Assembly: GCA_947457875.1 (NCBI GenBank)
Contig: CANGWV010000001.1
Coordinates: forward strand, 1,770-65,769
Source of the DNA: Burkholderiaceae bacterium
GTDB taxonomy: Bacteria; Pseudomonadota; Gammaproteobacteria; Burkholderiales; Burkholderiaceae
Length of the DNA stretch: 64,000 bases
Direction of reading: 5' to 3'
This document shows positions 25,269 through 37,324 of the stretch, in pieces. How positions within the stretch are numbered: position 1 is the stretch's first letter; each line of letters starts with the position of its first letter. Both the position numbers and the translations under genes were made by a program. The notes under the pieces are model-generated. The model made no database searches, was not told the DNA's origin, and worked only from the letters and a program-made list of their open reading frames with translations.

Positions 25269-26360
25269 ATGAGCACTTCGCATTTGTCCAGTAATACCCA
25301 GGCCACGCCACATTCCGAGTCGCCCGCAATCTTGATTGTGAAACTCTCGTCGCTAGGCGATGTATTGCATACCCTGCCGATGGTTTGGGATTTGCGCAAA
25401 CGCTTGCCTCACGCACAAATCGATTGGATCGTCGAAGAAGCGTATGTGCATTTACTGGAGCCCTTAAAAACAAGCAATACCTTTCGAGGCATTGATCGGA
25501 TTATTCCAGTCGCCTTTCGGCGTTGGCGCAAGCAGTTATTTCAGTGGAATACCTGGCGCGAGTTTTTTGCGATGCGCGCCATGCTGCAAGCCGTGCCATA
25601 CGATGTGGTATTGGAAACCCAAGGCTTAATTAAGTCGGGCATGGTGTGCGCCTTGGCGCGCAAGTCAGCGCATGGCATGGTCACTGGCCTTGCCAATGCG
25701 ACCTTGCATTCGGGCTATGAGCCAATGGCGCGCCGCTTTTATGATGAATCGGTGCAAGTCCCCCTCAAATGCCATGCAATTGATCGCTCGCGCTGGGTCA
25801 TGTGCTCGGCATTGGATTGGCCGCTGTTTGATCGGCGCAGCGAACCACCCCAGTTTTATCCGGCCGAAAAAACCGCGGCGCTAAGCCCACTGATGTTAGA
25901 AGGCATGCGCTTGCAGTCTTCGGGTTTACCAGCGCCATACATACTGTGCTTTCATGCCACCGCGCGGGCGGCCAAGTGCTGGCCCAATGCCAATTGGATT
26001 GCTGCCGGTCAGGCTTTATCAACGCAAGGCTACCAGCTGATTTTTCCTTGGGGCAGCCCGGCTGAAATGAAAACCAGCGCCCACCTCGCTAGCCAGATTC
26101 CGGGTGCGATTGTGCCGCGGGCATTTTCGATTGAGGAGGCCTACCGCCTCATTGCCCATGCTGCGCTTACGATTGGGGTCGATACGGGTTTGACCCATTT
26201 ATCGGCCGTTTTGGGTAAGCCCACCATTGAAATCTACTGCGATTCACCGCGCTGGAAGACAGAAGGGTATTGGAGCAGCAAGATCGCCAATTTGGGCGAC
26301 TTTCAGTCTATTCCGCCAGTCCATGCCGTACTCGATCAAGCAAGCGCACTTTTAAAATAG
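25269..26360 (+). CDS. waaC: LPS heptosyltransferase I
   Basis: IVKLSSLGDVLH, QGLIKS, GVDTGLTHL (GT9). Confidence 0.88.
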   Translation: MSTSHLSSNTQATPHSESPAILIVKLSSLGDVLHTLPMVWDLRKRLPHAQIDWIVEEAYVHLLEPLKTSNTFRGIDRIIPVAFRRWRKQLFQWNTWREFFAMRAMLQAVPYDVVLETQGLIKSGMVCALARKSAHGMVTGLANATLHSGYEPMARRFYDESVQVPLKCHAIDRSRWVMCSALDWPLFDRRSEPPQFYPAEKTAALSPLMLEGMRLQSSGLPAPYILCFHATARAAKCWPNANWIAAGQALSTQGYQLIFPWGSPAEMKTSAHLASQIPGAIVPRAFSIEEAYRLIAHAALTIGVDTGLTHLSAVLGKPTIEIYCDSPRWKTEGYWSSKIANLGDFQSIPPVHAVLDQASALLK

Positions 26361-26418
26361 GATTCAGTCGGGCGGGTTAAAAGCAGGCCTTGACGGATGG
26401 CTATTCTATAATTGCCCT

Positions 26419-27867
26419 ATGTCTAAAGCCCCCCTTCTTTTGCCGGTTATTTTGTCTGGCGGCGCTGGAACCCGCTTGTGGCCGGTATCGCGCGAGGGGC
26501 ATCCAAAACCCTTCATGAAATTGGCGGATGGGCAAAGCCTCTTGGAAAAGACCTATCTACGGGCGGCTGCTTTAGAGCAATGCCTGCGCGTGGATGATTG
26601 CCCTACGGTAATCACGGTCACCAATACGGAATACTATTTTTTATCGCGCGATGTGCAGACCAAGGCCAACATCCATAGCCTGTTCTTATTAGAACCGTTT
26701 GCGCGCAATACCGCAGCAGCCATTGCTTTGGCTGCCCATCAAGCCATCAACCGTTTTGGCAAGGATGTGGTTTTGCTGATCTTGCCAGCCGATCACCTGA
26801 TTGACGACTTAAGCCAGTTTGATGCAGCCGTCAGCACGGCATTTGATTTGGCGCAGCAAGGGCATCTCGTCACGTTTGGCATCACACCAACGGCCCCAGA
26901 AACGGGTTTTGGTTACATTGAATACGGACAGGATTTGGGCGGCGGTAAAAAAGTGTCGCGCTTTGTGGAAAAGCCCAGCTTGGAAAAAGCCCGCGATTAC
27001 CTATCGGCCGGCAATTACCTTTGGAACTCAGGCATGTTTTGTTTTGGCGCAGCAACCCTGCTGGAACAAATGCAGCGCTGGGCGCCCAGCGTAGCAGCCA
27101 GTGTGCAAGCGTGCTGGGATGCAACTGGACCTCAGGATCAGGTGGACGCAGCCCTTGAAATTCCAGCCGCCTTTTTTGAAAGCGTCCCGAGTATTTCGAT
27201 TGACTATGCGCTCATGGAGCACTCCGACAAGGTCGTGGTGGTCGAGGGCGGCTTTGCCTGGAATGACATTGGCTCTTGGGCCGCAGTTCGGGACTTAGCT
27301 TTGCCAGATGGCCAGGGTAACCGCGCCTTAGGGGAATGCATTTTCGTCGATACGAGCAACACCTTTGTGCAGTCTGAAGACCGTTTGGTGGCTACCGTTG
27401 GCCTCAAAGACGTGATGATTATCGACACCCCCGATGCGCTTTTGGTAGTCGATGCCAACCGCTCGCAGGACGTCAAAAGCGTGGTGTCCGAGCTCAAGCT
27501 CGCTGATCACCACATTGCTAAATTGCATAAAACCGTATCGCGTCCTTGGGGCACCTATACGGTTTTAGAAGAGGGTACGAATTTTAAAATTAAGCGGATT
27601 GAAGTCAAGCCAAAGGGGCGCCTGAGCTTACAAATGCACCACCACCGCAGCGAGCATTGGGTGGTGGTGAGCGGCCTTGCAAAAGTAGTCAACGGTGACA
27701 AGATGCTGACCCTCGCTATGAATGAATCAACCTATATCCCTGCAGGGCATAAACACCGTTTAGAGAATATTGGTTCCGAGGTTTTGGTCCTGATTGAGGT
27801 GCAATCGGGCACCTATACCGGAGAAGATGACATCATTCGCTTTGATGATGAATATGGCCGTGAATAA
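26419..27867 (+). CDS. manC: Mannose-1-phosphate guanylyltransferase / mannose-6-phosphate isomerase
   Basis: LSGGAGTRLWP, LEP..RNTA, WNSGMF, SIDYALME, cupin RPWG..LSLQMHHHRSEHW. Confidence 0.95.
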   Translation: MSKAPLLLPVILSGGAGTRLWPVSREGHPKPFMKLADGQSLLEKTYLRAAALEQCLRVDDCPTVITVTNTEYYFLSRDVQTKANIHSLFLLEPFARNTAAAIALAAHQAINRFGKDVVLLILPADHLIDDLSQFDAAVSTAFDLAQQGHLVTFGITPTAPETGFGYIEYGQDLGGGKKVSRFVEKPSLEKARDYLSAGNYLWNSGMFCFGAATLLEQMQRWAPSVAASVQACWDATGPQDQVDAALEIPAAFFESVPSISIDYALMEHSDKVVVVEGGFAWNDIGSWAAVRDLALPDGQGNRALGECIFVDTSNTFVQSEDRLVATVGLKDVMIIDTPDALLVVDANRSQDVKSVVSELKLADHHIAKLHKTVSRPWGTYTVLEEGTNFKIKRIEVKPKGRLSLQMHHHRSEHWVVVSGLAKVVNGDKMLTLAMNESTYIPAGHKHRLENIGSEVLVLIEVQSGTYTGEDDIIRFDDEYGRE

Positions 27868-27888
27868 GCGCGGCGAATGGCAGTCTAA

Positions 27889-28950
<1,062 letters not shown>

Positions 28951-28951
28951 T

Positions 28952-29797
28952 ATGCGACTCTTGCTGACGGGCGCCGATGGATTTACGGGGATTCATCTAA
29001 CCCAAGCTGCCAGGCAAGCCGGCTTTGCGGTTTTTTCACTGCAGGCGCAATTGGAGGATCGCAAAGCGCTGCAAGCATGCGTCAATGAAGTGCAGCCAAC
29101 CCATGTAATTCATTTAGCGGCCATTAGTCATGTTACGCACGACGATAACCTTGCCTATTACCAAACCAACCTGTTAGGTAGCCTGGATTTTTTAGAGGCA
29201 CTCAGTCACCTTGCAAGCCCACCCCAAAAAGTCATTTTGGCAAGCTCTGCCAATGTGTATGGCAATACGGAGCAGTCGCCGATTGTGGAAAGTCAAACGC
29301 CCGCTCCAGTAAATCACTATGCAATGAGCAAACTGGCCATGGAGTTGCTTGCACGCAACTTTCATGCGCGCTTACCGATCGTCACTACCCGTCCCTTTAA
29401 TTACACTGGCATTGGCCATGGCGCGCATTTTGTGATCCCCAAAATTGTCGATCATTTTGCGCGTAAAGCCAGTGTGATTGAACTGGGTAATGTCGATGTG
29501 TACCGTGAATACAATGATGTGCGCGACATTAGCACGCTGTACCTTGCCTTGTTAACGCATGGCATAGCCGGCAAAACCTACAACCTAGCCTCAGGCCGCA
29601 CCCATAGTCTGCGCCAAGTAATTGCCCAGCTTGAAACCATGACTGGCCACTCAATGGCGATTGAGGTTAATCCCCAGTTTGTTAGAAGCAATGAAATCGT
29701 GAGGCTGTGCGGTAGTTCGGCGTTTCTAGAGCAGGCAATTGGGAGAATTGAATGGCGCCCGCTTGAAGAGACCTTGCAATGGATGCTAAAGGCATAA
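28952..29797 (+). CDS. GDP-4-keto-6-deoxy-D-mannose reductase (Rmd-like SDR)
   Basis: TGADGFTG, HLAAIS, SSANVYG, YAMSK, RPFNYTG; directly after gmd. Confidence 0.8.
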   Translation: MRLLLTGADGFTGIHLTQAARQAGFAVFSLQAQLEDRKALQACVNEVQPTHVIHLAAISHVTHDDNLAYYQTNLLGSLDFLEALSHLASPPQKVILASSANVYGNTEQSPIVESQTPAPVNHYAMSKLAMELLARNFHARLPIVTTRPFNYTGIGHGAHFVIPKIVDHFARKASVIELGNVDVYREYNDVRDISTLYLALLTHGIAGKTYNLASGRTHSLRQVIAQLETMTGHSMAIEVNPQFVRSNEIVRLCGSSAFLEQAIGRIEWRPLEETLQWMLKA

Positions 29798-29802
29798 GCC
29801 CC

Positions 29803-30765
29803 ATGACCGTTTGCGTGATTCTTCCGGCGTTTAATGAAGCCCTCACGATCGAGGCCTGCATCGCCGATTTTCATGCGCATTTGCCCAGTGCGCAAATCTG
29901 GGTCATTAACAATCGCTCCACTGATAATACGGGCGCCATTGCCAAGGCAGCAATGGCCAGGCTAGGCTGCGCCGGTGGCGTCATTGATGAAGTGCGCCCC
30001 GGCAAAGGCAATGCAATGCGCCGCGCGTTTATGGAGATTGATGCCGATGTGTATTTACTAGCCGATGCCGATACGACGTATCCCGCTTCGCAAGCGTGGC
30101 AATTAATTGAGCCCATTACCAGTGGGGCGGCCGATATAGTGGTAGGTGATCGCCATTCTGCGGGTAACTACGCCGTAGAGAATAAACGCGCACTGCATGG
30201 GTTTGGCAATCGATTGGTGCGTTATCTGATTAATCGCTTATTTAATGCGAGCTTAGTTGACATCATGAGTGGCTATCGTGCCATGTCCAGGCGCTTTGTT
30301 AAAAACTACCCGATTTTGGTGCCTGGTTTTGAGATTGAGACCGACATGACCTTGCACGCCCTGGATAAACGCTTTCGGATTATTGAAATTGCAGTAGCCT
30401 ATAAAGACAGGCCAGAAGGGAGCTTTTCAAAGCTAAGTACCTTGAGTGATGGCATACGCGTGTTAGCAACCATTGGTAATATTTTGCGCTACTATCGCCC
30501 CCTGTTCTTTTTTGGCAGCGCGGCCATCTTCATTGGGCTGTTGGGCTTGCTCGCAGGCGCCCCCGTGATTGACGACTGGATTCGGCATCGCTACATTTAC
30601 CATGTGCCTTCTGCAGTGCTCGCTGCGGGCTTAGAGATTATTGCGATTGTGTTGCTGGCAGTGGGCCTCATTTTAGATTCCATTGCGCACCAAGATAAGC
30701 GCATATTTGAGCGCGGCTTATTGCAACAACAATTGCAAGACAATGAGCGCAAATCCAATGGATGA
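29803..30765 (+). CDS. GT2 polyprenol-phosphate glycosyltransferase (GtrB/DPM-like) with two C-terminal TM helices
   Basis: ILPAFNE, NNRSTD, GKG, DADTTY, DIMSGYR, FEIETDM. Confidence 0.85.
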   Translation: MTVCVILPAFNEALTIEACIADFHAHLPSAQIWVINNRSTDNTGAIAKAAMARLGCAGGVIDEVRPGKGNAMRRAFMEIDADVYLLADADTTYPASQAWQLIEPITSGAADIVVGDRHSAGNYAVENKRALHGFGNRLVRYLINRLFNASLVDIMSGYRAMSRRFVKNYPILVPGFEIETDMTLHALDKRFRIIEIAVAYKDRPEGSFSKLSTLSDGIRVLATIGNILRYYRPLFFFGSAAIFIGLLGLLAGAPVIDDWIRHRYIYHVPSAVLAAGLEIIAIVLLAVGLILDSIAHQDKRIFERGLLQQQLQDNERKSNG

Positions 30766-30802
30766 GCGTAGTCTGCATCCTATTTTGCAAGGTTAAAACC
30801 GA

Positions 30803-31495
30803 ATGGCAGCGATTGAATACAGCGGGCGTGATAATTTGGACGTGATGGCGCACGCCAAAAACTACAATCGGTTTTTGCTAGACCTTGTCTTACAAAATGC
30901 GCATCCCGATCAATCGATCGTCGATTTTGGCGCAGGCAATGGCACCTTTGCGGGTCCAATTGCAAAGTCCCATGATCGCATCGTGTGCATCGAAACCGAT
31001 CCGACGCTGTGCGCTGCCTTGCAAAGCCAAGGCCTTACTGTAGTCAATGATTTAGCGGAGTTATCCGATGGCAGCATTGACTATCTCTATTCCCTGAATG
31101 TGCTCGAGCACATTGAAGATGATGAGGCGATTGCCGCCTTGTGGTTTAAAAAAGTACGACCTGGCGGGCAGATCCTGGTATTTGTGCCAGCTTTTCAGTT
31201 TTTATTTACCAGCATGGACCAGCATGTGGGTCACCACCGACGGTATACCCGCACTTCGCTGACTCGCGTTATTCAAAAAGCGCAATTTCAGATTACCGAC
31301 AGCTACTACGCCGATAGTGTTGGAGTGTTAGCAACATTGCTCTACAAGGCATTGGATCAAGGCGGCGGTCAAGTGAATGTGCGCATGCTCCGAATCTATG
31401 ATCGATGGTGTTTTCCCATTAGCCGATTCATCGATCATATCACCAGACGCTTTATTGGAAAAAACGCCATCGTGCGCGCAGTAAAGCCAGCGTAG
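30803..31495 (+). CDS. Class I SAM-dependent methyltransferase
   Basis: VDFGAGNG, NVLEHIEDD, GHHRRY. Confidence 0.85.
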   Translation: MAAIEYSGRDNLDVMAHAKNYNRFLLDLVLQNAHPDQSIVDFGAGNGTFAGPIAKSHDRIVCIETDPTLCAALQSQGLTVVNDLAELSDGSIDYLYSLNVLEHIEDDEAIAALWFKKVRPGGQILVFVPAFQFLFTSMDQHVGHHRRYTRTSLTRVIQKAQFQITDSYYADSVGVLATLLYKALDQGGGQVNVRMLRIYDRWCFPISRFIDHITRRFIGKNAIVRAVKPA

Positions 31496-31558
31496 CGGTT
31501 TTTAATGCGGGCTACGATTTGCCCCGCAGATCGAAATATCTACTATTTCTGAGATACT

Positions 31559-33598
31559 GTGCCCATGAATACTTACGCGGTGTGGAAACGTACCTTGCAG
31601 CGTCTGCTGACCTTTCCGTATTTGCTCACTGTGATTACGCTCATTTATATAGGCGTCTATTTTTTTCTGCCTTATACCCCTAGCAATGGCCCTGAAGTTA
31701 ATCCACTAAGCTGGTGGGGATGGTTTGATCAAAGTCAGTACCTTAAAGCCGCCAATGCCCTTTATGGACTTGATTTTTCTGCCGATCAATATTTTTATCC
31801 GCCAATGTATTCCGCCCTAGGAGCGGTATTTTTAGTTTTCTCGCCTAATCACCCGTTTTTTTTAATCAACCTGATTTGCTTACTGTGGTTTATCTATGTC
31901 TTTATTTGTTTATGCGATCGGTATTTGCCGCGGGTTGTAAGCATCTTTTTATTATTTGCAAGTACGATTTTTGAACTTACGCTTTTTGAAAATTTTGTTA
32001 TTCCATGGACAACTACATTAAGCGCAGCTTTATTAGCGACTGGCATCCTCGGTTTAATTTGGGTTCAGGAAATCAAGGCAGGTAAACGCAGCCATTTGCA
32101 TTCGTGGCAGGCGTTCTTGGTAGCAGGGAGTTTAGGCTTAATGGTGCCTACTCGGCCCGTTGATGCGCTCATCGGTATAGTCATTGGCTGCGCCTTTGTG
32201 TGGAGTTACTGGAGATTGCCTAAAACGGTAGGCACGCAACAGCATCTGCCGCGTTTTTTAATTAGCGTTGTGTTTGGCGCTTTAGTAGGCCCCGCTATCT
32301 TTATTGGCTTTAACCTATGGGTTCATGGCGCGCCCTTAGGAAACTATTTGCAAGTTGCCGGCAGTAATGGCTTTTGGATTGCCGATTTAGCTGAAAAGTT
32401 CTACTCCATTTGGTTAAATGCGCAGCCACTCTATGGCGAAGCCGGGTCAGGACTCATACAGCATTACCCTTGGTTGTTACTCTCTTTTGCTGGTTTAGTG
32501 TGGATTGCATTGCGCGGTGATTTTGTACTGCGCACCATCGCTATCACTATCACCCTCTTTTTTGTTTTGTATCTGCCGTATGGCGATCTACTGCCTAGCG
32601 GCATATGGCGGTTTTTAAATATTCATTACTTTAAATGGACTATTCCATTTTTTGCTTTATTTGCCTGCCTCTTGCTGGCGCAAATGATGCGCGGCGCGCA
32701 AGCGCGATCGGGCTGGCAATTACCCAGCGCCCTCTTGCTTGTGGTGCCGATGTTATTACTTTCTATTCAAATGAAAATAGTGACTACACCGCTAATAGTG
32801 AACCTTACACAAGCGCGCACTGTGACACTAGAGCTGCCCCAGCAGCCGATCGATTTTGTGGATGTCAAAGGTTTAACAGGAAGTTTTTCATCAATCTACT
32901 TTGGAGCGCATGTGCTCAAGGTCGACGGTAGAGTCTTGAAGATCAATCGCGACTATCGCTTATTGGCTCATGGAGACGATATTCGCATCCTCTTTATTCG
33001 GCCAGTCCAAGGTCGCGTATTCGAGTTATTACCCGATGCACATTTGCAAGCGCATGACGAGCAGCTCAATGCCCACTGGGCAAACTATTACTTTTCCCTT
33101 GGTTTGCCTACGTTTGCTAATCCACTGTCAACTCAGACTGTACCTGCAGCGTATAGACTCAATCAGGTGATTGATTTTTCTAACAAAGGAGTGAGTCAGT
33201 TTTATATTGGAAATGGATTTTCAATTCCCGAGAGTCTTGGACGCTGGACTATGAATGAGCAAGCAACGGTTAATTTGCGCGTGATGAATCTCGCACCAGA
33301 GAAAAAGGCCCAATTGGTATTAACGTTTAAAGCTTTAGTTACAAATAGCAAACCGTGTCAGCAAGTGATCATTCAACTAAATCAACAGCCAATAGGCAGC
33401 AATCGGCTTTGTTTGGATAACCGCGGGAATGAAGCACAAGAGTATCGCTATGACATTCCTATTGGTGCTATAGGAAAAGAGGGCCTTGTACAAATCCAGA
33501 TAGCAACACCAGATTCAGTATCGCCGTATCAGTTAAAAATGAATGATGATGAGCGCAAGCTGGGAATTTTTTTACAAACGCTTAAGATTGCTCAATAG
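31559..33598 (+). CDS. Multi-TM membrane protein, probable GT-C-fold glycosyltransferase with a C-terminal beta domain
   Basis: First loop WFDQSQY..YPP, about 11 hydrophobic segments, soluble C-terminus; next to the GtrB-like gene. Confidence 0.55.
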   Translation: MPMNTYAVWKRTLQRLLTFPYLLTVITLIYIGVYFFLPYTPSNGPEVNPLSWWGWFDQSQYLKAANALYGLDFSADQYFYPPMYSALGAVFLVFSPNHPFFLINLICLLWFIYVFICLCDRYLPRVVSIFLLFASTIFELTLFENFVIPWTTTLSAALLATGILGLIWVQEIKAGKRSHLHSWQAFLVAGSLGLMVPTRPVDALIGIVIGCAFVWSYWRLPKTVGTQQHLPRFLISVVFGALVGPAIFIGFNLWVHGAPLGNYLQVAGSNGFWIADLAEKFYSIWLNAQPLYGEAGSGLIQHYPWLLLSFAGLVWIALRGDFVLRTIAITITLFFVLYLPYGDLLPSGIWRFLNIHYFKWTIPFFALFACLLLAQMMRGAQARSGWQLPSALLLVVPMLLLSIQMKIVTTPLIVNLTQARTVTLELPQQPIDFVDVKGLTGSFSSIYFGAHVLKVDGRVLKINRDYRLLAHGDDIRILFIRPVQGRVFELLPDAHLQAHDEQLNAHWANYYFSLGLPTFANPLSTQTVPAAYRLNQVIDFSNKGVSQFYIGNGFSIPESLGRWTMNEQATVNLRVMNLAPEKKAQLVLTFKALVTNSKPCQQVIIQLNQQPIGSNRLCLDNRGNEAQEYRYDIPIGAIGKEGLVQIQIATPDSVSPYQLKMNDDERKLGIFLQTLKIAQ

Positions 33599-33664
33599 TT
33601 ACACAGTAGTTGCTTAGTGGTTAGTTATTAGTTACTTAGCAGCTATTTAGAAACGACTTAAAAA

Positions 33665-35020
33665 TTAATACGCTGTTTTACCCATCAAGCCATTGAGAAT
33701 GGTGAGCATAATGATTTTGAGGTCCAAACCCAATGACCAGTGGTTGATATAGTAAATATCATGCTCGACACGCGATTGCATTTTATCAAGCGTATCGGTT
33801 TCGCCGCGAAATCCATTGACTTGAGCCCAGCCTGTAATACCCGGCTTTACTTTGTGGCGCTGCATATAGCCATCAATCAGTTTGCGGTAATGCTCATTAT
33901 GGGCAAGCGCATGTGGACGTGGTCCCACAATAGACATAGTGCCTTGCAGTACATTTAAAAATTGCGGCAATTCATCCAAAGAATAGCGGCGTAGAAATTT
34001 TCCGACCGGAGTGATACGGACATCATTTTTAGTCGCTTGCACCACCACATCACCATCATCTAAAACCGTCATAGTTCTAAATTTATAGACTTTAATAATG
34101 TCACCATTCAGACCATGGCGTCTTTGTTTAAAGAGGACGGGTCCAGGCGAGCTTAATTTGACGGTCAGTGCAATGATCGCAAGAATAGGCGATATGAGTA
34201 TGAGTATGAGCAAGCCAAGTACAAAATCTTCGATTTTTTTTAAGAGCCAACCCCCATCAAAAAATGGATGGTCATTGATTACAACCAAGGGCGTATTGCC
34301 CAGCATAATCCAGCGCGAACCAAGTAATTCAGACAGTAGAAGGTCTGGCACTAAATAAGTTGAAGTGGTTGAATCGTTTAAGGCCTTAATTGCAGCAACA
34401 ATTTTTTCATGTTCACTTTCCGAGTAAGTTAGAAAAACATAATCGATCGGCTTATTTTCTAATTCATTGAGTAAATCTTCTAAACGGTCATACTGGCCAA
34501 CCAGTTGCAGTCCAGTCCAAGCAAGCGTTTGAATTTGTTCAGGAAGTGACTTGGCTACATTGCCGCTTCCTAAAATAGCGTAGGTGCGTGTATTGTGGAT
34601 GGAAGAGCGCAAACGACGCAAACAGAAAAAAATGAAGAGGCGCTCTGCAATTAACAGAATTGGTGTGATAAGTAGCCATGCGCCGATGGCGAGGCGAGAA
34701 AATTCAATCGATGTTTTAGTAAAAAAAGCCACTAAAAATAATGCAATACCCGTGAAGACCCAAGAAACAATAACTCTGCCGGCAATATCGCCATAATTTT
34801 CAAGACGCGCAGAACTAAAGCCAGAGCTAAATTCTGCGATCAAGAGGTAAAAAATAATGGATAGTAAAGTAGCGTATTGATACAGCGAAGATTCATACAC
34901 ATTGAATAGACGGAGTGATGCACTAAGTGCGAGCCAAATGATAGCTGCATCACATAAACGCGCTATGAAAGAAATGCCAGTACTTAAAGGTCGTAAGAAT
35001 CCGCGATGTGCGCTATTCAT
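33665..35020 (-). CDS. Undecaprenyl-phosphate glucose phosphotransferase (WcaJ-like)
   Basis: KFRTM, RITPVGKFLRRYSLDELPQF, VGPRPHA, KPGITGWAQVNG. Confidence 0.92.
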   Translation of the reverse strand: MNSAHRGFLRPLSTGISFIARLCDAAIIWLALSASLRLFNVYESSLYQYATLLSIIFYLLIAEFSSGFSSARLENYGDIAGRVIVSWVFTGIALFLVAFFTKTSIEFSRLAIGAWLLITPILLIAERLFIFFCLRRLRSSIHNTRTYAILGSGNVAKSLPEQIQTLAWTGLQLVGQYDRLEDLLNELENKPIDYVFLTYSESEHEKIVAAIKALNDSTTSTYLVPDLLLSELLGSRWIMLGNTPLVVINDHPFFDGGWLLKKIEDFVLGLLILILISPILAIIALTVKLSSPGPVLFKQRRHGLNGDIIKVYKFRTMTVLDDGDVVVQATKNDVRITPVGKFLRRYSLDELPQFLNVLQGTMSIVGPRPHALAHNEHYRKLIDGYMQRHKVKPGITGWAQVNGFRGETDTLDKMQSRVEHDIYYINHWSLGLDLKIIMLTILNGLMGKTAY

Positions 35021-35349
35021 TGGGGTATCAAGCTATCCGGTACAAGATGGTCAAAAGTATGCGAATCTTAGCAGGTTATCGGATTATTTAGAGCCCAAGG
35101 CCCTTTGAAAGCAGTATTTAAAGGGGGCGCCCAAATGAATAAAGGGAAGGAGGGGGAGCAATCTATGCTTAGATTGGCTTAGGGATGATTCTCTTTGGAA
35201 TGATTCTAATCCTTAGTACGATCAAAAGACGCTATTTTTTACTGCGCAGCGCTTTGGCGCTTTGGTCAGCAGAGCAATTGATAAATAATTAAAAAAATGG
35301 AATAACAACTGTAAAACAACCGTAAAACACCTGAAACGGGATCAGGTGG

Positions 35350-36144
35350 CTAGTGCGGTTTTTGCAAGCGCTTGGATTTTTCAATCTGCAAAGCTTGGTC
35401 TTTTTGAATTCCTGGGGCTGGCAGTAAAACAACCCATGACCGCAGTAAGCGACAAACCACTTTTGATAATACAAATTTAGCCAATGCTTTTTTCACAAAA
35501 GACTGCTCTTTTAGGAGGAGGATAAAGCCCCCACTCGTGACCAATGAATAGTCGTACTTTCTAGCGATCATCTCTAACGCTTTTTTGCTATAAAAAAATA
35601 CATGCTGCCCACTTTCAGGAACGAGGTACCACCAATCCTTGGATTGATTGTCATAGATTGCCGTGCTGAGCAATAACGCTTTTGATTGAAATTGAAACAA
35701 TTCTTCTAAATCTACTCGGGGATTGGCAAAGTGCTCCAGTACTTCAAAGCCAATAATCAGTTCTGGCTTGAGAAAATTTTGCTCAGTAAAACCCTGGGCA
35801 TAAATCGGGGTGGCGTACTTATCTTTGACAAAACAATTAATGCTGTAATCACGCAGCATGCGGCATAGCAGACCATCTCCGCCGCCAATATCAACCACGT
35901 CTTTTATCTTGAATAATTTGCAGATGGCATAGCAAGCAGCTAGATTGTGGATATTACGCTGCGCTGCGCCAGTATCTAAGTTCGATAAGTTTTTGCCAGA
36001 GTAGGCCTCGTCAAGCCAGTAAGGATTCTCCGACTGCAAGGAGCCGCATTGCTCGCATTTAGAAAATGGCACGTCATATTTGCCCAAAAGCCTTAGATCA
36101 AACTGATGGGTGAGCATTCCTTCGCAAAGGCGGCAAGGATTCAT
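35350..36144 (-). CDS. SAM-dependent methyltransferase with N-terminal CxxC...CxxC
   Basis: MNPCRLC...CEQCGSLQ, VDIGGGDG, FEVLEHF, GQHVFFY; start set at ATG 36144. Confidence 0.8.
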   Translation of the reverse strand: MNPCRLCEGMLTHQFDLRLLGKYDVPFSKCEQCGSLQSENPYWLDEAYSGKNLSNLDTGAAQRNIHNLAACYAICKLFKIKDVVDIGGGDGLLCRMLRDYSINCFVKDKYATPIYAQGFTEQNFLKPELIIGFEVLEHFANPRVDLEELFQFQSKALLLSTAIYDNQSKDWWYLVPESGQHVFFYSKKALEMIARKYDYSLVTSGGFILLLKEQSFVKKALAKFVLSKVVCRLLRSWVVLLPAPGIQKDQALQIEKSKRLQKPH

Positions 36145-36424
36145 GGCTATAGATTCACTCGTTGATGAGGTGTTAATAACTTCTCTCAATTGATTGTACT
36201 TAAAGCAATTGCAGCAATCGAACAATCTTGCAAAACATGCCCAATTAGGGAGGGCTCTTCTTTAGAGCGCCCTTTGATCGTAGTGATGGGGTCAATCGGG
36301 GCTTCTAACAATCGATTCTAAAGGCCCAGAGGGGGTTGATTCGCTATTAGCACTCTAGTGCTTTATAGAGTCAAAATGCTAAAATGTCCAAAAATGGGTA
36401 TCTAGACCATCACTGGAAGGCAAT

Positions 36425-37324
36425 GTGAACGATCGATTTGGGGATTTAAATATTTGGGAGGTGTTGGGCCTTATTCGTAAGCAATGGCGTTGGCCATTGT
36501 TTGGCGGTCTGATTGGATTGGTATCGGGTTTTGTACTGTATTTGGCGCTTCCATCTAAATTTGAGGCTACCGTAGTGATTTCGCCAGCCCGAGTAGGCTC
36601 TTTGGTTGTTGCGCCATCGGGAGCTACTATTGTTCAGGGCAGTGAACCCGAATCTGCTGCCTTGATGATTGAGCGCTTTAAGCAACCGTCTTTTTTTAGT
36701 GCAAGCATTCGAGAGAAGTGCCAGTATAAAGAATCTCCGAACTATCAAGCAGAAATGGTCAAAGATTTAAATGCGAACATGGTTAAGTTACCTAATCCGA
36801 CATTTCAAAGTTTGTCTTTAGCCAAAATAAGTTGGAATGCATCATCACCGCAAATTGCATCTAATTGTTTGAGTGCCATCGTCTTTGCGGTTCAGGAGGC
36901 CCAAAATTTGATTGCTGCTCCGGTAATCGAAAAATTGAAAGCTCAGAAAAAAATTACCCAAGATCAAGTGAATTTGTACCTTTCTGAGTTAGCCAAGTAC
37001 GAAGCGAAAGCTAGTAATAAGGACAACTCCAATAATTTCAATCAAATTGTCATTGCCGATAAAGCAGCTCAGAATTTACGTGAATCATTAACTATTGTTC
37101 GCAAGCAGCTAGCAGAAGAAGAGGCCCAGTTAAGCGAGCCATACACTCAACCGGTAAAACAATTGGAGCCAATTTATGCGGCATTCGAGCCAATTATTAC
37201 ATCAAGGTTAGCCATTATTATGGGCTTGTTGGCGGGTATTTTCATCGGAAGTTTTGCTTTGTTGTTAAAGCTAAGTCTAAGGCGGTATCGATCTGAGGCT
37301 AATGATGGCGTGGACTCAAAGTAA
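36425..37324 (+). CDS. Wzz-like polysaccharide chain-length determinant
   Basis: N- and C-terminal TM helices flanking a coiled-coil periplasmic domain; GLLAGIFIG. Confidence 0.75.
   Translation: MNDRFGDLNIWEVLGLIRKQWRWPLFGGLIGLVSGFVLYLALPSKFEATVVISPARVGSLVVAPSGATIVQGSEPESAALMIERFKQPSFFSASIREKCQYKESPNYQAEMVKDLNANMVKLPNPTFQSLSLAKISWNASSPQIASNCLSAIVFAVQEAQNLIAAPVIEKLKAQKKITQDQVNLYLSELAKYEAKASNKDNSNNFNQIVIADKAAQNLRESLTIVRKQLAEEEAQLSEPYTQPVKQLEPIYAAFEPIITSRLAIIMGLLAGIFIGSFALLLKLSLRRYRSEANDGVDSK

Noticed and set aside
33596-33660. TAGTT-rich low-complexity repeats between convergent genes (similar short repeats at 22660-22692 and 41461-41520)
   Set aside because: Degenerate simple repeats without spacers; not CRISPR and no clear function.
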